Notes under the pieces: generated by a model | Told to the model about the DNA's origin: nothing | The model's input: only the letters and a program-made list of their open reading frames with translations | Databases searched by the model: none | Assembly: GCA_045863295.1 (NCBI GenBank) | Contig: BTWA01000016.1 | Location: 1 to 64,000, forward strand | Source: Candidatus Hydrogenedentota bacterium | GTDB taxonomy: Bacteria; Hydrogenedentota; Hydrogenedentia; Hydrogenedentales; SLHB01 | Direction: 5' to 3' | DNA: 64,000 bases | Position numbers and translations under genes: made by a program | In this document: one piece after another, positions 10,301 through 20,500 of the stretch | Layout: each line of letters starts with the position of its first letter | How positions within the stretch are numbered: the first letter of the stretch is position 1

Positions 10301-11833
10301 TCACCTCCTACTGTCGTTCGTGATTGATGGACTGTAAGCTCCGCTTTTCCCAGAGCCAAAATCGAATTCGTACAATGTCCAGACGGGAAAAGGCTGCATT
10401 TTCCGTCCAAGGCAAAACGTGAAGCCGTTCGGCGCCGCAGCGAATATGTGGACACGATTCTCCGCCCCCATACCCGATCCCTTGGACCGCAAGTAGTGAA
10501 TCAGATGACTGGCCAGTTCTTCTGCATGCGCCCCGTCGCGAACTGATAACGAAGAGGGAACGCCAGCAGGAAGAGCCAGCACTACGTGGCCAACAGAAGG
10601 CAAGGACTCGGCGACATAGCGTAGAACATCTTCCTTGATGTTATGAGTAAGCCCTATTGCCAAGGCCCACTCTGTTCCTCCGTGGTGACACGTTTCCTCG
10701 ACGAATTCCCATGAACCGGAACTCGCCCCTTGCCCATTTGTGAAGTTCCAGAGGCTGATGCCTCCTCCGGAATGTTGTACGACTTCGACGTTGATCCCCA
10801 TCTTCTCCGGCAGGAAGAGTCCAGCCAAGAACGCGATGCTGGAATGTGTGTCGAGATGGAGCCGGTAGGAGCCGCCGCGTACAATATGCTGCTGCATGAA
10901 ACTACCTAGAGAATCTGGAATCCCGGTATTCCAGTCACCGGGATTGATGATTTCCCGCCCTTCGAAGTGATGAGACAGACAAATCATGGACTGAGTCTGG
11001 TTCTGCAGATCTTCCGCCCACCGAAGAAAACTCCTAATCCCTAACGAAATCGTGTTTGTCGGTCTTGTTGGAGTTCTGAGAAGAAGTCCCTCTCGACCAC
11101 ATAGTTCAAGCAATGATGTGGCTGTAAGCTCATTCATGCTATTCGCGAGCATTTTCCGCGTTAGTTCATCATATGGGTTGATCAGGCAGTTCTCTTCAAC
11201 TGGCTTGAGGCCTTTGGCTTCGAGGCGCCAGTTCAGGCTCCGCGCAAGATCGTCAAGCGTTGGGCCTTGCATTATGAGAACTTTGGAGAGAAGTAGTCGT
11301 AATTCATCGTCACTACGGAGACCAAGATGGTCTCTCCATAGTGTTCGAAGTTGCCCCGACTTAGTTCTGGCACCACCAGTTGCTAGAGCATCCCACCTAA
11401 TACTTCCATCACTCATAGAATGCACAGTTGCAAGGTGATCATCCGGGTGAACGGACCAAGGAGTGTAAATCGTAAGGCGATGATTTATGCGATTGGAGCA
11501 ACAGTGGTCATGGGCATTCTTCATTCGATGGAGCAGAGAAACGGCCGTTGCCCCGATAAAGGTTGGATCGCAGAAAGAATCCCCAGTCATCGCCCCTTTA
11601 GAGGTGACATGGAATTTCACCTGAAAAAAGTCGGCATTGAGGGGCATGCCTCGTTTATCTGTATAGCCGGAGCGATAGTAGACGGCAACATCGTCAAACG
11701 ATCTGAGCGTATCATCCTCATGAACAACTCGTTCAACTTGGGAGAAGTCATCGAGGAGCGCACAGGCCTGCAACCAAAACCAACGGGCTTGGTAGTCATC
11801 TCCTTGTTGTCGTGCGACGTTCTGTCTAGCCAT
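10301..11833 (-). CDS. cap4: CBASS Cap4-like effector: PD-(D/E)xK endonuclease + SAVED sensor
   Basis: N-terminal GDDYQ...FDDV...QVK nuclease motif; C-terminal SAVED-like VHIFAAAPNGFTFCLGR...YEF...Y. Confidence 0.88.
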   Translation of the reverse strand: MARQNVARQQGDDYQARWFWLQACALLDDFSQVERVVHEDDTLRSFDDVAVYYRSGYTDKRGMPLNADFFQVKFHVTSKGAMTGDSFCDPTFIGATAVSLLHRMKNAHDHCCSNRINHRLTIYTPWSVHPDDHLATVHSMSDGSIRWDALATGGARTKSGQLRTLWRDHLGLRSDDELRLLLSKVLIMQGPTLDDLARSLNWRLEAKGLKPVEENCLINPYDELTRKMLANSMNELTATSLLELCGREGLLLRTPTRPTNTISLGIRSFLRWAEDLQNQTQSMICLSHHFEGREIINPGDWNTGIPDSLGSFMQQHIVRGGSYRLHLDTHSSIAFLAGLFLPEKMGINVEVVQHSGGGISLWNFTNGQGASSGSWEFVEETCHHGGTEWALAIGLTHNIKEDVLRYVAESLPSVGHVVLALPAGVPSSLSVRDGAHAEELASHLIHYLRSKGSGMGAENRVHIFAAAPNGFTFCLGRKMQPFPVWTLYEFDFGSGKSGAYSPSITNDSRR

Positions 11834-11874
11834 CGACTCTTCCGTCCTATTTCCCCGACCCCTTTAGAAACTTG

Positions 11875-14800
11875 CTATATGTCCCCGACTTCCAAAATTT
11901 GCGCGTGTCCGATACGTACGCCACCGGACTCAAAAGTCGCGCGAATGGTGCGCTCGACGGATTGGACGCGGCTGAAAGGCTTGACGAGGAGGTTTGTAAA
12001 GGGATCTTGGACTCGGACCAATTGCGGTGATGGTGATCCGCACTGATAGACGACGTACAGCCAGTAATCTTCGCGCAGGTTACATGCACGCGCCCATTCG
12101 TTGTCGGTCACTTGGATTTCGCCGACGCCGATACATCCCTTCACCTCGATGCACAGCTGCCGCCGACCGGGACGCGTGCTCAGCAGATCGAACCCCGGAT
12201 GCTCCGGCAGGCCCGCGGCCCGGGCAAGCTTGGCCGTATGAACAAACTTCACGCTGCCACCCTCGGCCTCTTCGAAGGCCTTGGAAAGATCCATCGCGAT
12301 TTGTTCCACATTCGCGTCACGCCATTCGAGGTCCGCTGGATCGGTGGAGGGCACGACCAGCGCGTGGGCAATGAAGTCGACATCACCTGGGACAAGCAAC
12401 TCGGGTTCGCGTCGGATGATGCTCAGCGCGCGTTCGCGGCGGTCTCCCAACTCGCGTTGCTGCGTCTTGATGTGCGTCAATTCCGCTGCAGCGCCTTTGT
12501 TGCCGGCGCGGGCCTTCTGACTCAGTTTGCCCCGCGCTGCGGCGAGCTCGGCTTCTTGATAATCGAATCCGCGGCGGACGAAGGTCTCACGCTCGGGAAG
12601 GGTCGCCATGCGCCGTTCACGGGATTCAACTGCCAACGCACGGCAGACCCGCTCGGTGAGGTACGCACGGGCCTGGTCGCGCTGGCGCGAGGCATCCACT
12701 GCGAGCCGCTGTGCCTGGGGAGGCAAACCATGGCCGCCGCGCAGGAGGAGCAAGTGCTCAATGGGACACACGGAGATTTCGGCACTCTCAGTCTGCTTGA
12801 TGCCGACCAGGCGGCACTCGACCGTCTCTTCGTGCGCCAGTTCCGTGAACTCCGGATCCGCTTTTCGGATGACCGTCAGACGCGCGAGGTGGAAAAGATA
12901 GGGTTTGTCCGCTGTGGGATCCACGAACACCGCGCCTCGCAAGGCGTCCTTACCCAATTTCTCTCGCACGAGTCCGCGAAAACGCTCAAAGACCGGCTCG
13001 CCGGGATGCACCCAAACACAGGACTGCCGGTCGTCGGGACGGACGACGGACAGTCGCTGGGCTTGCACGGCGGGATAGGCGTCGAGAGCAGGGAGAAGTG
13101 GATCGATGGCCCCCTTCCGCGCGGGGCGAAGGCGAAATATGCCGCCCAGGTCACCATCCACATCGATGCCGATTTGCGGCGCAGCAGACGCGATGAACTT
13201 GCGCACATAGCCGGGCAGCAAACGGAAGTAGGTTTCTTGCTCGATGCTCTCGCGAAGCCGGGGGAGCTCCCGTTTCACATCACCGCCATCGCCGTATAGG
13301 CGACGCTCCTGCTCCTGAATGGCCTTGACCTGTTCCGCGGTCAAACGGCCGTCCAGATCGGACGCTATCTGGTCAACGTCGTCGCCGGCGGCAACCCGTT
13401 CCATATAGGCCTTAATGGAAACTTCGGTAAAGATGCGGCCAATGCTGTCGAAAACTTTGTCGGACTTGAGTTGCTTTCGGATCTTTTCGAGTTTCTCCAA
13501 CAACGTCTTGAGGACGCGGCCTTCGCGGGTTGCTGGAGCGACGAGATTCAGGATGATGACCGGGTCGTGCTTCTGTCCGTAGCGATGGATGCGCCCCATG
13601 CGTTGCTCGAGCCGAGCCGGGTTCCAAGGCACGTCGTAGTTGATCATGATCCAGCAGAACTGGAGATTGACGCCTTCCGCGGCCGCGTCGGTGCAAACCA
13701 TGAAGCGGGCGCCGCCTTCGGATGCGGGCGCGCGGAAGCGATCTATCTGCTCTTGGCGTTCCGTGAAATGCATGCCACCGTGAATTTGCGCAATCTGGCC
13801 GGTGTAGCCGAGACCACCCAGGCGTCGCGTGAGGAATTCAAGCGTGTCGCGATGCTCGGTGAATACGAGAAGTTTTTCCTGGGCGTACTTGTCGTCCGTG
13901 ACAACGTCGCGCAGCTTCTCGAACTTCGATTCTATGCCACGCTGATACACCGACTCGGCAAGATCGCGCAACTGTGCGACTTGCTCACGCTCTGCGATTA
14001 GGTCGGCAAGCGACGCCGCGATAACGCCTTGGAGTAGTTTGTCTTCGGAGGCTTCGTTCTCTTCGATGCCTTCTTCCTGGGATTCCTCATCCGCCGACTT
14101 CGATTCGAACACATCGTCGTCTTCGCGAATCCTGCGCTGGAGCGTGATGAGCTGCTCAATCGTAATGCGACCCGACTGAACGTCATCAATAATTCCGTTG
14201 AGCTTCGCGATGCGGCGTTTGAAAGAACACAGCAACGCATACGTTGAACTTGCCAGACGGCGCTGGAAAACACCCATGGCCAAACGCGCGGCCGATTGGT
14301 TCAAGAGCTTCGCGCGGTTGTACACATAACGAAGGTATTCCGTTGTTTCGTCGTACAGCTTCTGCTCGCTGATATCCCCCTGCGAAAGCGCGTAGCCGAG
14401 TGTGTCAGAGAAACGCTTTGGATATAAGGGCTGCCCGTCAAGCCTGACCATTTCCTCCTTCGTACGCCGGATGAAATAGTGGTGGCGCTGCGTAGATGGG
14501 AAATCGCTGAATGCTTCTGGAGTCGATAGTACGTCCGGTTCCAGCAAGCGCCACAGGGCATAATATGGATACTCCTTGCCCATGTGCGGAGTGGCTGTCA
14601 ACAGCATCAGGTGATGCGCATGCCAAGGCAATTGCCAACCTCGTTCCCTGTTGCCTACACCTGCGAGCGCTTCGGCGAGTTTGTAACGCCCAGTTTTTCG
14701 TATTCGGAAATCGGCACCGCGGTCGCAGGAAAGTTTGTGCGCTTCGTCGAATACGACGAGTTCGTAAGGCTCCACGCCCTCCTCACCCAGACGACCAAAG

Positions 14801-15486
14801 ACTTTGTCGCCGGCCAAGGTATCAACACTAACAATGACGCGATCACCGCCCGGACCGACAAAGGGATTCCGATTCTTGGCGTCGCTACCACTTACAATGG
14901 TGAACGATAGTCCGAAAAGAATCTGAAGCTCCCGTTGCCAGTTTCCGACGAGTCCCGCGGGTGGAACGATTAGCACGCGGCTCAAGACCCGGCGGGACAG
15001 CATCTCCCTGATGTAGAGGCCAGTCATGATCGTTTTGCCCGCGCCCGCGTCGTCGGCGAGGAGGAATCGCAGGCGAGCCTGCTTGAGCATGTGGTCGTAA
15101 ACTGCGATGCGCTGGTGGGGCAGCGGGTCGATGCTCGCGATTTCGGTTGCGAAAGTTGGGTTGGCGAGATGGCCGAAGGAAAGACGTTCTCCTTCGACGA
15201 GGCACTTCACCACGTCGGGGACTACCGTAAAGTCGATTTTCGGCGGCGCGTTGCCATACGGAGGAGGTTCGGGTTCGGCTACGTGAGATGGTTCATCAAA
15301 CTCCTCGGCAATCTGGCGCAAGCGATTCCAGGAGAGTTGCGACGGCTCCGACTTTCCGTTTTCCCAGCGGTTTACCGTCGGAAAAGAGACACCAAGCCGC
15401 TCCGCTAGACTTACTTGGGTTAGCCCAAGTCGTGCGCGAAGCCGCTTTATTTCCTCGGCGAAGTTTCCGGTCGGGGTCGACTCCAT
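11875..15486 (-). CDS. XRE-HTH + SNF2 helicase + DUF3883 nuclease fusion
   Basis: N-terminal LTQVSLAERLGVSFPTVNRWENGK (HTH_3); LADDAGAGKT, DEAH, TATPH, QRMGRIHRYGQ; C-terminal GFDLLS...IEVKG...NEW (DUF3883). Confidence 0.93.
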   Translation of the reverse strand: MESTPTGNFAEEIKRLRARLGLTQVSLAERLGVSFPTVNRWENGKSEPSQLSWNRLRQIAEEFDEPSHVAEPEPPPYGNAPPKIDFTVVPDVVKCLVEGERLSFGHLANPTFATEIASIDPLPHQRIAVYDHMLKQARLRFLLADDAGAGKTIMTGLYIREMLSRRVLSRVLIVPPAGLVGNWQRELQILFGLSFTIVSGSDAKNRNPFVGPGGDRVIVSVDTLAGDKVFGRLGEEGVEPYELVVFDEAHKLSCDRGADFRIRKTGRYKLAEALAGVGNRERGWQLPWHAHHLMLLTATPHMGKEYPYYALWRLLEPDVLSTPEAFSDFPSTQRHHYFIRRTKEEMVRLDGQPLYPKRFSDTLGYALSQGDISEQKLYDETTEYLRYVYNRAKLLNQSAARLAMGVFQRRLASSTYALLCSFKRRIAKLNGIIDDVQSGRITIEQLITLQRRIREDDDVFESKSADEESQEEGIEENEASEDKLLQGVIAASLADLIAEREQVAQLRDLAESVYQRGIESKFEKLRDVVTDDKYAQEKLLVFTEHRDTLEFLTRRLGGLGYTGQIAQIHGGMHFTERQEQIDRFRAPASEGGARFMVCTDAAAEGVNLQFCWIMINYDVPWNPARLEQRMGRIHRYGQKHDPVIILNLVAPATREGRVLKTLLEKLEKIRKQLKSDKVFDSIGRIFTEVSIKAYMERVAAGDDVDQIASDLDGRLTAEQVKAIQEQERRLYGDGGDVKRELPRLRESIEQETYFRLLPGYVRKFIASAAPQIGIDVDGDLGGIFRLRPARKGAIDPLLPALDAYPAVQAQRLSVVRPDDRQSCVWVHPGEPVFERFRGLVREKLGKDALRGAVFVDPTADKPYLFHLARLTVIRKADPEFTELAHEETVECRLVGIKQTESAEISVCPIEHLLLLRGGHGLPPQAQRLAVDASRQRDQARAYLTERVCRALAVESRERRMATLPERETFVRRGFDYQEAELAAARGKLSQKARAGNKGAAAELTHIKTQQRELGDRRERALSIIRREPELLVPGDVDFIAHALVVPSTDPADLEWRDANVEQIAMDLSKAFEEAEGGSVKFVHTAKLARAAGLPEHPGFDLLSTRPGRRQLCIEVKGCIGVGEIQVTDNEWARACNLREDYWLYVVYQCGSPSPQLVRVQDPFTNLLVKPFSRVQSVERTIRATFESGGVRIGHAQILEVGDI

Positions 15487-15514
15487 TCATCTAGTCCCAG
15501 TCTGATTTTGAATG

Positions 15515-15543
15515 AGTATATCAAACTTTATATCCACGATCAA
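15515..15543 (-). promoter_or_regulatory. Sigma70-type promoter of the defence operon
   Basis: Minus strand reads TTGATC-N17-TATACT with TGn extended -10, about 29 nt upstream of the helicase ATG. Confidence 0.65.
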
Positions 15544-16022
15544 CAGGGCACGCGACACATGGTATATCGCGAACTTTCTTGCGGTTTGATTAGAAACGGC
15601 GCTTCTGGTGCAAGGCATTGAAAACGCATTACTTATGACTTGCCAAGTGTGATCGGCCCCGATGGACACCTCTTGAATGCATGCCGCGATACTGGAGACA
15701 TCGTAAAACCAGAGGCACCAAACAGACAGACCGGGGATAGAGCGCGTCAGAGGCCAAGCGGCGCGCCACCCCCGACTGCCGACCGATTGAAAGACCTTTC
15801 CGATAGTGCGTATTCCGGTAAAATCGCGCAACGAATCCGAAGGACTCCGTGTAGGCGTTCCGGGGGAAATCGCAAAGGGATTCCGGAAGCGTGCACGTGT
15901 CGGCGGACGGTAGCGACGCGAGACGGGTGAAGACTTATGCCTTCGGACGGTAAAATCTGTTTACGCAAAGCCGTGCGATGTTAAAAGCTAGCGAAACCTT
16001 TGTGTGTGACAGGAGGGCGGGT

Positions 16023-16295
16023 ATGCGTATCTCGGAAGTCAACTTCGACCAGTTCATGGCATGGTTGGGCGCCCTTGACGAGGATATCGCGTCCTGTGAA
16101 GACGCCGTGCGGGAAACTATGGAAAATGTTCCACTAGTGGAGCGGCTCATGTTCATATTCAACAATGCCCTTGAGGATGGCGCTGAAGAGATTATGCTGA
16201 TGCGCAATCGTGACATCGCCAATACGCTGATTGCGTTACATCAGCTTGAGCAAGGGAAGCTGGCGCCTTCAAGGAGAACTAAACATGATGCATGA
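16023..16295 (+). CDS. Small acidic helical hypothetical protein (~90 aa)
   Basis: AGGAGG RBS before ATG 16023 (MRISEVNFDQF...). No family recognised. Confidence 0.55.
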   Translation: MRISEVNFDQFMAWLGALDEDIASCEDAVRETMENVPLVERLMFIFNNALEDGAEEIMLMRNRDIANTLIALHQLEQGKLAPSRRTKHDA

Positions 16296-16496
16296 TGCAT
16301 GATGCCTACTAGGAAAGTCTGCCAGCGATTACGCTTGACTGGACTCCCGAAATAAGCATGCGTAGGGGCCTCAAACTTTGCGTCGGCCAAGACAAGAGCT
16401 TTAACAGATGAACCTACACACCACGGCCGGCGCGTACTACCTGGGAGAAGACATGACGAATTCGACGCGACTATCGGAAGATGTGCTCAGGTAGGA

Positions 16497-16970
16497 TCAA
16501 CCAGTCATCCTATTGAGTGCGTTTTCGAATAGCTCGACGATGCCCGGGATTCGACGGTTCACGTAGTTGTTCGCGCGATTGATTTCACCAACGGCGAACG
16601 AGGCGGGTATCTTTCCGAGGGTGCCGATAGAGCCTTCGTACTGAGAACCGAAAACGGATCCTTCCCGAATGTCGAGATTGGCGATGTGCGCCAACGTGTC
16701 CCTCCATGCGTTGACACATTTTGGCTCCAGTTGGAGATCAGATATGTCGGGCAGGGAATCCAGTACCCGATGACTCAGCTCATCGCCGCAGGTGGATAAT
16801 GATCGTTTCATAATGTCGAGCTTTTCGAGGATGAAGCGGTCATCATGAAACAAGGTCGCCGACAAAATCATGAGCCCGCCTTGCGGTTGAAGCTTTCCGC
16901 AGAGTTGAATCGCGCGCGTGATTGCTCCAATCCCCCAAGAGTTCAGTACCCTTCTCGCCATTGCAAGCAT
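16497..16970 (-). CDS. Hypothetical protein, possibly a gene remnant; start uncertain
   Basis: Protein-like composition from MILSATLFHDD onward. No motif recognised. Confidence 0.35.
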   Translation of the reverse strand: MLAMARRVLNSWGIGAITRAIQLCGKLQPQGGLMILSATLFHDDRFILEKLDIMKRSLSTCGDELSHRVLDSLPDISDLQLEPKCVNAWRDTLAHIANLDIREGSVFGSQYEGSIGTLGKIPASFAVGEINRANNYVNRRIPGIVELFENALNRMTG

Positions 16971-17286
16971 GGCTTCTGGAGACCCGTGCCGTGCGAGACC
17001 GGCAAGTGCAGCTTTTGTAGTGACTGGTCATGAGTCTCGCGCGCCAATTGGGACAGGACTCTGACAGCGTCCGGCCGAGTCAGCAAACCCGTCCGCAATT
17101 CCGCGAGAAACACTCTTCTGTCGGCACTTCCTTCAGGCGGTAGGCTGTCCATTCTAAGGACTTCGTGTTCGGCAGATTGAAGAACCCCTGGTCTCCCCTG
17201 GCGGGCCGCGGGGCGAGTATCATTTCCGGCAACACTAACAGAACTTCTCACTGCAACCTTTTACTGTAACATGACTTGAGATTCCA

Positions 17287-17310
17287 AGCTCGTTGGGGTC
17301 ATAACCCAAA
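17287..17310 (+). repeat. tRNA-fMet-like fragment / putative att scar 1
   Basis: AGCTCGTTGGGGTCATAACCCAAA resembles initiator tRNA AGCTCGTCGGGCTCATAACCCGAA. Shares TCATAACCCAAA with 33550-33561. Confidence 0.55.
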
Positions 17311-17511
17311 ATGAGTTCCGGCTGATAACGGACGGGGCACCCTGACGCTGTTGCGAATCTGTTCGGTAGGAATCCTAAAGGTCACTCGTCTGAAACTCAG
17401 CCACCAAGTGGCCTGGACCGACGAGGATGTGCCGCTGCGGCTGGTGAATGATCCAGAACACAGTCAATTCATGCTGGAGGCCAAAGACCGGCCCGATTAG
17501 GTTTCAGGCCG

Positions 17512-20500
17512 TCACGGGGAGACAACGACGCGGAACTCGCCCTGCGTCGTCGTCTTCAGGAACAGCTCGGTCGTGCCGAGCAGTTTCAGGATGTCCGCGC
17601 TGAGCGCGGGCTTCGATCCGCCGGGCTGCACGATCACCACCTCGAACGTCACTTTCGATCGTCGCGCCTTCTCCTTAAAGTACGATAGCAACTTCATATT
17701 GCCTTTCAAGAAGCGCGAATGGCCTTCCCGATCCCATATCTCATGGCGGCGCTTGAGGTCATGATACAGCCGCCCAATGCCGAGATGTTTGACCGTCATG
17801 CTTTTCTGCGCTTGGCCGCAGACCGTGTAGAAGTTATCGATATCGTTCGACACCTGCCCGCCGGTCGCACCCTTGCAATGGACGAGACACAGCTTGATCG
17901 TGCTTTCATCGACATCCTTCAAGCAGACAAGGTCGCCCGCTTCGCCCTTGCCGTCGTCATTGAACACGAGATCATATTCATCGGCGATGTTCAGGAAACT
18001 TCGATACTGGATCGTGTCCTGATTTCCCGCCTTTCCCATCGATTCTCTGTTCAACGGGATATCGTCCCACTCCCACGCGTCCAGCCGGTCGCGCGGAAAC
18101 GCACCGGCGTCGAGCAGCACCGGGATGTGGTAGCAGTTGTAGGAGTAGGTCCCGTCGGCGTATCGCACGATCACCGGATCGCTGACGAAATACTCGATCA
18201 CGTCGATCTTCGGGCCATTGCTCTTATGGAAGAAGGCATCAGGGCCTGAGACCTTCTCATATCGGTATCCGGCCTCTACTGCGCCGTCGATGCGAAAGCG
18301 ATATTCGGATGCCGCGGCGTCGCTCGACAGCCGCAATATGATGGCGCCGTCGTCCTCGGCGGCGGCGATTTCAAGCTCGACGAGGTACAGCGGCACCTCG
18401 GTCGTGCCGAACACGACGAACTGTCTCTCGCTGTATCCAGCCTGCGCCTGCTCGCCCCACTGCACGCCGATGGGATGCGCCTCGTACGGTTCGGTCAGCT
18501 TCTTCGGGCGCAGGAAATCGCGCGTGATGTTGGCGTCGATCTCGTCTTCGGTCGAGACCTTGGCCCAGGTGTGTGTCGTCCAGTCTATCCATTGCGCAAC
18601 CGTGCCCGCCGCCTGCTGCCAGACTTTGCCGCGCTTCTGCGTGCCGCCCCAGAGCACCCGCTCGCCGTCCTCGTAGCCGACGCAGGCTATGTTATTCAGG
18701 GCAGATTCGGCGCGTTCGATGCTGGCGAGACCTTCGGTGACGTTTGGCCCAAAATACGACGTGAAGCTGATCGCGCCGATGCGCGACGATCCGAGGTTTT
18801 TGACCAGCGGCAGTTCAACGTTGTTCAGGATGTTGAAGATCACGGGACCTTGCAGGAGCGTGGTCCCGTCATCGGTGATCGCTTTCGCCAACGCCGTGCT
18901 CTTCAGCCCGTCGTAATCGCTGGCGTATACGAACAGCGCCGCGTTTTCCTTGTCCCACCTCGCGACGATTAGGTCGTATTGTGAGTCAAGTAGGTTCTGG
19001 TACTTGCCCCATCGCACGCTCGTGATGCGATGTGCGACGGCGACCAGAACGGCGTCGTCCTCGCTGATTGCATACCAGCTCTCCGCGTCGACCGAGAGGA
19101 CGCTGGTATAGTTCTGCGGGCGCCAGTCCGCACATCGCGTCTTGAATATCTGCGTGGACAGCGACGGCCGCAGGTTCCACAGCGACAGGTGAGCGTGCAG
19201 GTCGCCGCGTTCGCGCAGATTGTGGACCACGTCCTGGAGCCGCAGTTCTTCATCGATGCGTTCCTCGCTGAGCCGCCGAATCAGGCCATCCCAATCGGCG
19301 CCTTCGGAATATAGCGCCTCCAGCTTCGTCTCGGTTTCGGGGTCGGCGATGTTCGCGACTACCGTAGCTTCGCCGACCTGCTCCCAGTTGCCCTTACGCG
19401 TGAACCGGCCGATGAACTGTAATGTGATCGCAAGCGATTTGTGCGCGTCGTGAAGGGCCGCCACCTTCAAGTTCGGCAGGTCGAAACCTTCGCCCAGCAT
19501 ATCGACGCAGACGACGACATGCGCGCTGCCGTCCCCGCGATTTGTCAGCCGTCTCAAGGCTTCCCGGTTTTGCCGCACGCGCCCTGGTCCCGAGAACACA
19601 AGCTGCGGCGCCATGTCCGGCGCAAGCTCGCAGTAGAGATGAAAGAGTCTCTCCGCACGCGCCTGCGACCTGGACCGCGCCATCAGGATATGATCGAGCT
19701 CCAGTTCATCACGGTCACGCCGAAGCGCTGCTATCGCGGTCTCAGCGATGCGGCGGTCGCACTGTTCCTCGTCACCAAACTCCTCGATGGTCTTGAGGTT
19801 GATTGGCCGGTAGTAGTCGGCGGCCTGCGCGTCGCCTAGCTTGAAGTTGAAAACGATCTTTCCGTCGATACGGCGATTGTCGCGGCGGAAGGGCGTCGCA
19901 GTAAACTGAGTGATGCGCTTTCCGGCGAACATCTCACGCACGCTCGACCACTGCGATGCGGGAATGTGATGCGCCTCATCCACGATCAGGTCGGTGCACC
20001 GGTCGGTCAGGACTTCAAGCGCTTCGGAGGCCGACGCGCTCAATGTCTGCGGCAGGGCGACGATGACGTTAGCGCTCTCGATCAATGTCGCCGCATCTTG
20101 CGCTGAGGCGATGCCGGTCGTGAGCTTCGCTACGGTCGGGCCGATCAGCTCACGGGGCACGACTCCGGCATCTGGGAGCACGCCGAGCGACACGAATTTG
20201 TCGCAGATCTGCGTGCGCAGCGCATCGCTCGGTACGATGACGAGCGTCCGCTTTAGCCGCCTGTAGACCTGCAATGACAGCATGGTTTCAGTCTTGCCGG
20301 TACCGGTCGGCAGTACGACCGTCGCCGGTTCGAAATCGCTACCAACCGAAAAGTGCGCCGCGATCGCGTGCAGGGCGCCGACCTGCGGCGGGCGCAGGCC
20401 GCTTGTGCCCGATTCGGGGTCTTCTTCCCGGAACAGGAAGCGATCCTTCCAGCTTTCGAGTATCTGCTCCGGCGCACTGAATTTCTCGGTCAGCACGCAG

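Noticed and set aside
15413..15430. Palindrome ACTTGGG-ttag-CCCAAGT
   Set aside because: It lies inside the HTH coding sequence and has a 4-nt spacer, unlike the 7-nt sites; probably coincidental.
16284..16305. (CATGATG)x3 microsatellite
   Set aside because: Only three units and it spans a stop codon; no evidence of phase variation.
17390..17500. Short reading frame ending ...VPLRLVNDPEHSQFMLEAKDRPD*
   Set aside because: Looks like a gene tail remnant, but it has no start and no recognisable family.
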